Below are positions 51,932 to 64,000 of a stretch of 64,000 nucleotides of DNA, in pieces (position 1 is the first letter of the stretch; each line of letters begins with the position of its first letter). A model generated the notes under the pieces. It searched no databases, was not told where the DNA came from, and saw nothing but the letters and a program-made list of their open reading frames with translations. Origin of the DNA: Eledone cirrhosa. Lineage: Eukaryota. Where the stretch lies: positions 36,394,001-36,458,000 of the forward strand of contig OZ024746.1 of NCBI GenBank assembly GCA_964016885.1. Reading direction: 5' to 3'. A program made the position numbers and the translations under genes.

Positions 51932-54885
51932 AAGAATGAGTAGGACCCCGACTGCTGAGCTCAACCCGTTTCGACGGCTAATTCTGGACTCAATGAACAT
52001 TTTTATCCTTGTACATGAATAGCCGAGCTTCTCAGGGGGTAATTCCATGTATGGTAAAAGTTGTTGTCACAAGGATTGGTCAATAGTTTGTTGTTGAGAC
52101 AATGATTCTATCATGGCATTTTGTGGAAGGAAGGGATAGCTGAACTTGCCAGTGGAAAAAAGAGGGAGATGGAGTGGAGGAAACTCAGTCGTTCGTTGAT
52201 AGTGCCAACTACAGAAGAATCCTAAGGATAAGAGGTCAAGAGAAGTATACTAGGGAGGGGGGGGAGTCAATACAATAAGTAAATCAATATGGAGTAAATA
52301 TATAGAAGAATAATAAGAATGTTAAAAATATAAAAAAAACAATTTCTGATTACTATTCCCCTACCACAATCATCAAGTCTCTCATTGGTACTGCTAAACC
52401 ATAGAAAAATGTAATAGGTGGGACGGAATACTAAATACGAGATTGTAGTGAAATAATTTTATGAGTTAGTAGTAATCATCCAAATCTATCTTACAGTGAC
52501 AGATCAACAAGTTGGGGGGCCAAAATACTAAAGAAACTACTCCGAAATAATAATTCAGAGTCCCGAAACTAATACGAAATAATAATTCAGCATCCCGAAA
52601 AAGAATACAAATACGATACATAAGAGTACAGCTACGATACATACATTCTAATACAAACTACATAAATGCTCGTACGATATATATGAAAAAATTAATACGA
52701 AAAATTAATTCAGAATCCCCCCCCACACACACACACACCAAAAAAAAAAAAAAGTACTGATATACGAGAAACTAAAGAAGAGATGCCACTAAGAAATCTA
52801 GACAACACGGAAATGGGCCAGCAATCGGATAAGAAAGCAAGTATCTGGGGTCTATCACATCTGCTATAAAAAGCGGAGTCGGCCAATTCTATCATAGAAT
52901 AGAGGATGGGGTGGGGGTACTGAGGCTACAAAGGACCGAAGGGCTGCCCCGGGGTGGGCGAGAAAGTGAAAAGTACAACGACAAAGAAGGAGAACTGGGA
53001 TGGAAGGACTAGGAAGGGATGGGGGGAAGAAGGAAATATAGAGGAAACGCTAAAAACTATATAAAAAAATCTTACGTCTACATTTGCAAGCAGGGGTTAC
53101 CCATTACGAAGTCGGCAAATGGGTTGTTACAGCCCTTGTATACCCCCCCCCCCCCCCGGATCATTATGGGGTTTGAGGGCGAGGTAAGTTCTACGCAATC
53201 TGTGCATGCAGTTACCAGTTTGTCTTTCTTGTTTAGGAGTTGTTCTGTCGAAAACAGCATTTGTAATGTTTCCTCCGAGTATAAATTACACGGACGGCGG
53301 CCTCGCGTGTAAGAGTTTGCTCTGGACAGGTAGCACCAAGTGAGATCATAGGTTATATTGTTATCTTTGAAGTTCCAGATGTGGCCCGAAAGTGTGGTGG
53401 GGTGACGCCGGGCCGGCTTTCGGAAAGTATGTCTATGTTGGTATAGCCAGGTCTTGAAATCACAAGCGGTTAATCCTATATAAGCTTTTGATGGAGGTGT
53501 CCGTCCTCACGTTGCACTGGTAGATCACATTACGATCTCTGCATCTGATGTCGAGGGGTCAAATGGATCCATCAGGGCAGTTGCACCTCCTGGTCGGCTT
53601 TCCACTGCTATTTAGGTTATTTCTTACATAGGGGTTGAGTTTTTTGTTGTTAGCGGAGACGATGCTTTGTGTAAAGTTAGGTGTGGGGCTGTAGGAGAGT
53701 TTGATCGTATTTTTGTTGATTATGTTGTGGTAGCGGTGTTTTAGTGGGAAGTGTTTTTCGATGAGCATAAAGATGATTTTCCCGATAGGTGTTGTCGCCT
53801 CGGCGTTGTGGGGAGGATTGAACCACTTTACGTTGCTTGAGCGGCGGCATCGCCTGCTGGTCCCGCTAATGGAAGCTGGACAGTAGGATATTTCCTCCCG
53901 GAAGCCACTCCGCTTAAGGGCCTGTTTGTAATAAGGCGCATGTTCCTCGAATATCTGCTCATTAGCAGAAAAAACTAGATATGCGGAGGGAGGTGTTTTT
54001 AACCAGGTTATTGGTGACGCTTCTAGGGGGTTTGACCGGCGGTGGATGAGGTGCAGGTTGTCATTGGGTTTCCTGTATGGGTAGTAAAGTCATTACCGAG
54101 GTCAAGGGTAACGTCCAGGAAGTTTACTCGGGTTAGGGACGTGTGTAGGGTTAATTTAAATCCCCAGTCGCGGAAGAAGCTGATTAACTGTTTACGGACC
54201 CGGTCTGTACTACTGGGGTTGTACCTTTAAGGGTAAGGAACCCATCATCACGGTACAATCCAGCGCCGAATGCAGGAAACATATCGGTGAGTTTAACTAG
54301 TAGGAATAATCCAATAAGATATGTGACCTCAGCCGAATCCGTCGCGCCCATACTGGCGTCGAAGGGGGAGTCGGAAGCTTTCTATATCGATTTGAAGTTG
54401 TCAAAAAGTAGGACTATCTTCCTGGCGTGGAGGATGATATTTCTTTCCTGGTCGGTAATGGGCGCAAGTGTCTCGGCAAAGTCCAAGGCGGCCGGAAGGA
54501 GCGGTTAGGTAATTGAAGCATAGTAACTCTGTATGTCAAACTGGATGAATTTTGTCTCTCGTTTGTCCTCCATATTGCTGAACCATGAGCAAGTTCAGCT
54601 ACCCCTTCCTTCCACAAAATGCCATGATAGAATTATGTGTCTCAACAACAAACCTTTGACCAATCCTTGTGACAATCACTTTTACCATATATGGAATTAC
54701 CCCCTGAGAAGCTCGGCTATGTACCAGGATACACATTTTCATTTAGTCCAGAATTACCCGTCGAAACGGCTTGAGTTCAGCCGTCGGGGTCTTACTCGTT
54801 CCTATTACCCACTCTACTACCCTACATATTGAGTACGTTGGTGCGTTATGGTCCATCTGGTTCCTTACCACATTTCCTTCGTTAT
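51932..54885 (-). mobile_element. Penelope-like element family 1, copy 3
   Basis: Near-identical to copy 2. Confidence 0.92.
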
Positions 54886-54920
54886 ATATATGTATATATA
54901 TATGTATATATGTATATGTA

Positions 54921-55055
<135 letters not shown>

Positions 55056-58000
55056 CAGAATTTAACCTCGAACATAACTGTATACGAATATATATTTGAA
55101 TTTCGCATTTCTAAAAATTATGGTATGGTATGTTTATAAATATGCATTTAGAAACCTGTAGTTCCACAACCATAACTACGCAAACCCACTAGCTGCTATC
55201 GTCACCTAGCGGTGCCCAGCGGCAGCAAGGGGGACAGTTTGCGACCCACTTTTAACTCGACTGCTTCTTGTCAGTACGATCTCACCCGCACTTGCTGGCG
55301 AGAATATATTATTTTCTCGTGTGTGTAAATGAGTGGATTCATCTATTTTGCATATGAAGCTGTACAAGTTGGCTGCACTTATAATAGAATAGAATCAGAA
55401 TTTAGCTTTCGAATATAGGTGTATCGAAATATGTATTTGAATTCGTTTTCTTTTAAGAAATACGGTATGTTTATAAATGAACATTTAGAAAGCCGTAGCT
55501 GTGCAAAAGCACTGGCAGCTAACGCCACCTAGTGGTGTCAAGCAGGAGCAGAGTGGGGGGTGGGGGAATCGTCAATGTATTTCGAACTCAACTGGTTACA
55601 AAATTCAAGTATATACATTTATATATTAAATGACAAAAATATCTGCAAAACGTTTGACACCCAGATATGCTGGGTCTGTTGAAAAAATGTGGAAAATGTA
55701 GCCCACAAGGTTAGTGATTGCAAGAGATATGGGCAAAACAATACAAGCTCCGCCATAATAAAGTCTAGAATTACCTTTATTTGCTTCTGTGTCGTAAAAT
55801 TCAATACTGCGTCATTGCTAATTGGTATATAAATGCTACTTGTAAGGCAATATTGGTGGATGTGAAAGCAACGATATTCTGAGATATTCTAAGATTAATA
55901 TGTTTAAACTGATAGAGTAATTAGTCATCGCTAACAGCAAATTATTGTGTTAAACATAGAAGACAAATACTTTCAAATCATAAAAGTGCTCATACCAACT
56001 GCCACGAATAGTGTGAGTAAGAAATTTGGAAAAAAATCATCAAATACTCTGAATTGAAAGAGAAGCTGGCAAGACTATTTGGGTTTTGTGAAAGGGATAC
56101 ATGCTGCGATAAGAAAATTACGGTCAATGCCACCGAAACTTCAAAATGACTTAAAGCAACTGGGAATATCATAATAGTTGGGTATACTATAAACAGGAGT
56201 TTGTCTAGGTACTGCGCTTATTTAAAGGAAAGTGTTATATACCTGAGGTACACGTTGCTAGTTGACAGTTGACAAAATAGCCAGTACATTATCCATTTGA
56301 ACTTATTGACAGAGCGATAATAATAATTGTTTCTGCATTTGGCACAAGGCCAGCAATTATCCCAGTGCACTACTGGTACATTAATTTAACGACCCCGTAA
56401 TGTAACCTCGGCAGGATTTTAACTCAGACGGTAATAGGTCGTAACTCTATGATGCAAAGCATAGCGTCCGACCATCTACCGTTAATGCCAACCCAACGCG
56501 CTTAATAATAACGATGTTGTTCTGGTTTTCTACATATCTAAAACAATTGTGATATAGATTTTATTGATATAGATTTTATTGCAAATGGTATATAAGGCCC
56601 CGCTATCAGTAAGTATGGCTCAAATATAAAATTTTGTATTAAGCATTTTATATTCAAAAATAAAATGTTTAGAAGTAAACCACTATGCGTACAGTAAACA
56701 CAACAGCCAAATAACTGCAATTTCACCAACACCCCACCAGTAACCCATGCATAATAATAATTATTATTATTTTATCTGAAGATTTCTCAGAATGTTTAGT
56801 TAAAAATATTAAGGATGGTTGTCAATATGTTTATTAAATATAAGTAACAAACCACAAAACTAATGAACGGAACCTAGAGAAAATAAGAAATAACAAAATT
56901 CATGAAATAAAGACAACGCTGTAATTGTCTATAAAATTAAGTCGAGACAAACAGACAACAACAACGCCATCACTTCAGAAACACAACCCCAACTCCACCA
57001 CCACTACCACTCCATAATTGCCACTATCACTACTACCCCACAAGCTTCTGTTAACTTAAGAAAATATAACATACAATTTTCTGAGAACGAGAGGGAAGTA
57101 ACACTAGACAAGAGGAGAAAGGAAGAAGCTTCAAAATGTTATCAAAACTGACAAAGTGACCCGGTTAAAATGAAATTTTGAACATCTCGATATTAACAGC
57201 TACAATTGCACACATATAACCCCCCTCCCCCCTCCACACACACACACGAGAGAACTCCGCATCCCCCCTTCGGAAATATTATTTTAAATATACGCAACTG
57301 TACGTTAAAACTTTTACTAATTCAGTTCAGAGTTAAATTCAGAATCGCTATTCCTCGTTAAAATATGGGTTTATTGCTATTCTTCTTTAAAATATAACGT
57401 TTATTTAGTTAATCCGTATTAATTACGTATTAATTATGAATTTGATGAGGATATGTTGCTGAATTCTAACAAATATTTTGTTGTAAGGATGTGTAATCCC
57501 TTGTTTAAATCATTAAGATATCGTTTCAAAATTGTAATTTATATTACCGAGCTAAATAAATTAAGTACACCAACCGAAAGTGTTGAGTTATTGTGTTTTT
57601 GTGAAGAATGAACACATATTTTATAGTATTTCGTTCTATATACAGATTCCTTAAATATAGCAATCAATGCTAGTTTATTTGAGGTATGTTCATTTACTGA
57701 ATTGGTATCACTGATATTTGCATTACATAATACAATGATTTAATTAGCAACTATTGACATTTGAGATAGTGACTCCCATATAACCCCAATGACATACCAT
57801 TTGAATCTTCAATGACAATTGAGGCATTTGATATTATTGATAATGAAGAATCGCGACAGGAATTGATGATGATGAGAACGATTTTATTATGTATAACGAC
57901 GCTGATTAGGATGAGAATGAAAACTATGATGATGGTTGTAATAATGATGAAGATGTTGCTGCTGTTTCTGCAGTTATCAATTGATGATACACAGTATAAA

Positions 58001-58420
58001 GGAAGGAATTTACGTTCACTCCTTCATACATTATATATTCTTGAATGTTTAATAAGATACTTGCCTGTAACAGTTCGTCACATTGATGTGTTCGTTCAAA
58101 GATTTAGAAATACTCAGTCTCTGAAGAACACTTAAAAGGCCGAAAGTTGAGACTCTCTATATAAAAGTATAACGACTGATGATATATTGAAGCAGAAAAC
58201 GACATGTACTGTCACTCACCTTAAGGAATTATTCTTTACCGCCCTGTGTCCCCTGCCCTGAGGCCGTTTAACCCATCACAAACATTAAAAGCAGATGACA
58301 GCTTGAAAAGCTGTTTAGCGTTGAATTTTACGAATCACATAATGGGATACAGTCAATATAAATGGTGGTGGTGGGGTGCTTATGAATGTATATCATATAT
58401 ATGTACACACAGACACACAC

Positions 58421-58486
<66 letters not shown>

Positions 58487-58765
58487 GTGTGTTTGTTTGT
58501 AGATAGTACATATCAGAGGGAGGGGGCTGTCCGGCGATCAGCAGTCGCCGCTGGTTATTGACCGCTAAGCTGGGGCTTAATCTTTACTCTATATCCTACC
58601 CTGAAAATATATCGTAACTATCTATAATCTTGTTCATAAAACCCTCCTTTTGTAAATCCTTTAACTAAATCTCACAACCCAAACATTAAACCTTATTTTT
58701 CTAATTTCATCCTATAACTCAAAACATAAGTTTAACGTTTCTAATTGTTAACTGAAATTTCTCTC

Positions 58766-58785
58766 ATATATATATATATACATAC

Positions 58786-58816
<31 letters not shown>

Positions 58817-58883
58817 ATATATATATATATATATAATATATATATATATACATATATATATTATATATAATATATATTTATAT

Positions 58884-58923
<40 letters not shown>

Positions 58924-59099
58924 TATATATATAATATATATATATATACATATATATATTATATATAATATATATTTATATTATATATAATATATATATA
59001 TATACATATATATATTATATATTATATATATATATATACATATATATATTATATATAATATATATATAATATATATATATACATATATATATTATATAT

Positions 59100-59131
<32 letters not shown>

Positions 59132-59195
59132 ATATATATATATACAAATATATATATTATATATATATATTTATAATATATATATATATACATAT

Positions 59196-59275
<80 letters not shown>

Positions 59276-59276
59276 T

Positions 59277-59315
<39 letters not shown>
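58766..59315. repeat. ~550-bp degenerate (TA)n low-complexity tract with higher-order repeats
   Basis: Almost pure A/T; motif tatatacatatatatattatatataatatatatttatattatatataa repeats. Confidence 0.9.
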
Positions 59316-59319
<4 letters not shown>

Positions 59320-61399
59320 TAGTGTGTGTGTGTTTGTGTGGGCTCGTGTGCGTGTGTGTATGTGTATGTGTGAGAATATAGAATATATGATTGATCAGTA
59401 CTAATATAATTAATTACACTGATAGATATATTGATCTTTGAGAGTATATGTAAGGGGTGGTTGGCATCAGCAGAAAGTTTATCTCTAAAGGAAATTAATA
59501 CGCATACATACGGTGATTTTAGGATCCTATCAGAAATAAATAAGCTCATTAAACTCATATTAGATTATTATTTTATTTCAGGATATGTGGAACTCCTGGA
59601 TTCTTCAATGTGTATCTGACCTCTTGTCCAGGGATGATGTAAGGGTGGTGTTTGAGCTGAAAAATGATTCAGCAATATTCAAGAATGGCAGAATGACAGT
59701 CACAAACTCATTGGAAATATGCGTTAATACAGTAATCAGGGAATAGAACATGAACAACCTACAGATATCTAGGTTTCAATGGAATGCCACCTAAGAGTAC
59801 GTGCAATCACTGCAATCACTGTCGTCACCTGCAGTTTGAATATTCTAAATTAGTATGTTATGCACTATTAAGAGAATGTTCTCCAACATCTGGAAACATT
59901 TGACCTGTAATAGAATACATCACCCCCAAACAGATGTGAATCGCCACTATCTCACTAGAGAAAATGGAGATAGATGAATGATCCACATAGATCTTTCATA
60001 CATGATTCAATCAGTATCTTAAGACTTAAGATGACTAGAGGATGAAAATGGTCGCAGTTCACGAAATGATGAAGGAATTACATTCAGACAACAAAAGAAA
60101 CTGTGCTGAGTAACTTCGAATAGAGTATGAAAATAATAATTGCAAAAAAAAGCCGCAAAGAAAATACAAAGGCCAACAGAAACTGTACACTAGATGAGAA
60201 CAGAAACCACTGAATGATCAATAGTTTCTCCGTAGCAAAAACCTGATGGAAAACCAGCTCCCACTGATCTGTAGCTGGGGAGTTCTGGACTAAAAGCAGA
60301 GTAAATGCTTCATTTTAGTTGCACAAACCAGTGTCTCATCACGCGCAAATTTCAAGCCGATTTGATCAGAAATGGAATTGACCAACAGTGTTGATTCTTT
60401 GATGATAATGTTGAGTTGATTAGCCACCTGGTTTCAGGTTGTAATGTCTCATCTGTCCAGGAATATAAAACGATAAATGATAGAGTGGGGCCCTCTTTAA
60501 TGTGGTAATGTTTACGAATTATCGCCAGCTTTGCCATATTCAAATAATCTACAAATAATTAACGCTCTAAATGTCTGAATACTATAAATGTAATATGAGT
60601 TTTTCCATTATAAATGAGCTTTTAAGCCATGTTAGTAGAATGAGCCCCTCATTATTGCTCTTGTGTTGACATATAAACAGAACTGCCTATTAGCCTACAT
60701 CCATGCAGTTTAATGCTCACCTGACAACTGTCAGGTGCTTTGAAGGATGGCCTTAAACAAAGCAGATTAAGTAAATATTTTGCACATCTCACGGATTAAC
60801 TTGTTTCTAGTGGCAAATACTTTGTAGGATCATTCACCCGTTTGGGTTCTGTCGATAGTAAAATTTGGTGCAAACATGAGCCAGCACTGTCAGAAGACCT
60901 GTCTTTCTATTAAGGGATGTCTAACTCTTGAATTGAGCTATTGACTGCCAAGCATTACCCCAGTATTTTAGGTGCAAGTACACACTGACAAACAAAACCA
61001 TGCATCCACATATACATTTATTTTTTCCAGTTTTACACAAACACACACACTATATATGTATATTGAATGAAAACAGTTTAAAGACAAAACATTAAAATGT
61101 CTAAAGATGAAACAAGATATAACATTTAAATAAATAAAAGGTATATATTGATATACATACGTATGTACACAAACTAAGAGGGCGGCTGACTCTCTAATTA
61201 GCTAATGTGCCATTTGAGGCCGTTTTTTTAAAATGAGTTATCATGTTGCCTCCTCAAACATCACCCTATTCTCCAAGCAATGTGTGTGATGTTGCCAGTT
61301 TAGTCACCGACGAAACGACAATGTGGTTGGTTATAGTGGTTTCAATTTCACCAATAGCACGTTAGAGTGAACGGTCATAATATATGTATATATATATAT

Positions 61400-64000
61400 A
61401 AGGATCAAAATACTGGAGCGTGTTGGAGTTAAACACCCTCTTCGTATTATAGAAATGACAGTAAAAGGTATAGCTCAATGTAATTAAACAGAGCCGAAGA
61501 ATTATGAAAATAAAACAAAGAGTACTTCAATACATCAAAAGTCTCTATTAGGACTCATCAGGGCAATTAAAACAACAAGAAGTACTATCGGCCAATACAA
61601 GCCGAACACTCAGAAGAATATGGAGTGTACATACACTAAAGTAGTGCACGATTATGGGTAAAAATATATAATAAAAATCACTAAGGAGGTGTATAAGATT
61701 TAGAACCATATTACAAATATAGTCCAAAGCAATAAAAAACCTAGAGCTAAACAAAGGTGGTTATATAGAGCGGGAATTATATATAATACTATATAATATA
61801 ATATAATATACTTGTAACAATATTAAAATTACAATAAAAATTAAAAGGCACAATATACATATGTATATATGTACGCACACGTACGCACATATACATATAC
61901 ATCAATACACATATCCATGTTTAACAGCACAAATTAAACCTTATTAAGAGTTTAAATATAAATAAGCATGATAGGAATAAAAATAATAATAATAATAATA
62001 ATAATACGTATATCTAATATACATGAAGTAATAAAATGATTAAAAGTAACACATATAATATATAATAGACTATATCATTATATACTATATAATATAATAT
62101 AATAGATAATCTCCGGTTAATTTACACAAACAATATAGATGTCACAATAATACTATAATAATAATATAACATATATAATATATAATATATAATGGTATGT
62201 AAGTTAACAAATTAATTCATATAGAGTTACAGAGTAGGTGAGAAAAAAAAATAAAATGTACAATACCCAAAATTATGATGGTACAAAAATATAAACATCT
62301 TACATGATATATAAAATTTAACATATCATAATGGTACATATAATCAACGGTAAGTAATAAGGATCAATAGTACAATAACAACTACAATATAAAATAATAA
62401 ACACAATATAATATATAATTACTTATAATTACAAGGTTGGTAAACAGACATATATGTGGATGAGTGAGTAAGGGCCAGACAGAAAATAGAATGCACAGTA
62501 GTATTAATAAATAAATAAAATCAACCGGAAATTAAAAAACAAAAACAAAAGTATATACTTAGGTCTCACATGCAGTTAAGTAAAAACTTAGGAAACAACC
62601 CAGGTAAATGACTCGAAAGCCCTATTTAATGAATTAATATTAAAAATATTTAAAATATCTAATAAGGCAATACAATATTAGCTATGGTTTAAGTAATCAA
62701 AATTTATAAACGTTAATATTTCACTACAAATATATATATAAAGGAATTAAATTTTCTACTATCATTTACATAACGATATCTAAAAAACTGACTTAAGCAG
62801 AATTATGGTAGGCTAATAGGGACAGAAAAAAAGAAATGTAGGGAAGATACAAAGGAGCATAAAATCATAGTCAATATACTATATTAAATAATAGAAAGGA
62901 CCGTAAAAGAGGGGGGGATTAAATATAAACATAATATATTTGAAGGGGTTGACAATAAGTATATATGTGCACGGGGGGAGGGAGGGGGGAAAAGTGTGGG
63001 GGGGGGGTATCCAAAGAAGAATCCAAATAAAATAAAATAAAATGAAATAAAATAAAATAATGTAAAATATATAATCAGATATATACTCATAAGGTGTTAA
63101 TAGTGAAAATTTAATGCGTAAGAAGATAGATATGGTATAGTAGCCAAAAGATTATGAGAGCTAGAATAAAGAGTTGTCAAAAACCAATGATAATAATGAT
63201 GATAATAATGGTAGTAAACAAAAAGAACCTACACTAAAAAAATAAGTAATGGAATATATCAGCTAATGGATACAATTTATACTACTAGAACCTTTAGGTT
63301 TATAATAAAAGTAAGAATTAGAAATAGCGTGGGGGCAAAAAGAGAATATCTCAGACTTTCTATGAAGTAAGGATTCACTAGAGAAAATTATAGAGTGTGT
63401 CTCGAGGATACAGAGATTACAAAATGTAGTATGTGTAGAAAGGTTGTTAGAGCGTGCTACTAAACGCCAATTAAGGCTATATGGTATATTAGCCCCCTTA
63501 AGATCCCAGATCTAGTGTGCTAAAGAAGTAGAATTCTTAAACTTAACATGTTTGAAATTAGAAATATGAGAATTAACCTAGTCTTAAAAGTGTTAGATGT
63601 AGAGCCTATATAAGTTCTATTAGAGGAATTAGTTATAACTACGCAAGCATAGACGATGTTCTTAGAGAGGCAGTTACCGTTTAAAGGGCAGTTAGCACTC
63701 ACTCTACAGTTACACTTCGGGTGCTATTGGTTGGCTGAAGTAGTGATGCATTACACGTAGGATTACTATTAGATAAGGTCTGTTCTGGTGGTAAGGCATT
63801 TCCAGATCTGTTCAGACTAGTAGTATGTAGAGAGGAGAATCCATCCCTAATTTTCCTATTGTTAGTGCTAGCTAAATGAGAACTAATATTAGGGGTGGTA
63901 GAGAATGAAATGTTAATAACATTTTTATTAAAAATACTATGGTATTTATGAGAAGGGGGGAATTTTTTCTCTAAGATATAAAAGAAAGACCTAGGGATAT
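61400..64000 (-). mobile_element. Penelope-like element family 2 (3' part, runs off window)
   Basis: Minus frames EKKFPPSHKYHSIFNKNVINISFSTTPN and CPLNGNCLSKNIVYAC..TYIGSTSNTFKTR (GIY-YIG); long AT-rich 3' UTR; degenerate hammerhead at ~61434-61565; ends in (TA)n. Confidence 0.88.

Noticed and set aside
57812-58135. 107-aa ORF restored at the Helitron empty site
   Set aside because: Low-complexity (ATG)n-rich sequence with no domain; likely chance ORF

Overview
Eukaryotic, AT-rich, (TA)n/(TG)n-microsatellite-dense DNA; the SINE family and repeat texture suggest an octopod cephalopod (inference). The only host genes are an array of intronless, minus-strand class A GPCRs of the FMRFamide-receptor-like / molluscan chemoreceptor-like type: one decayed pseudogene (~9.3-10.2 kb), a receptor broken only by one in-frame TGA (two copies) and an intact ~329-aa receptor (two copies). 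From ~16.9 kb onward the window is a tandem segmental triplication (units start ~16864, 34668, 50412), and the middle unit looks like an unequal-crossover chimera. The rest is transposon debris: Chapaev3-like, hAT, Helitron (with its empty site), R4/Dong-like LINEs, RTE-like, DIRS/Ngaro-like, SINEs, a long-TIR element and Penelope-like elements (PLEs). The most striking unannotated signal is about eight distinct families of type I hammerhead-ribozyme-like motifs read by eye, mostly at PLE-type termini next to (TA)n tracts. Several have palindromic helix III, some have atypical cores (U3-A8 covariant; CUGAGAA), and some lie in miniature fold-back elements. No folding software, alignment or database search was run; coordinates of degenerate elements are approximate.
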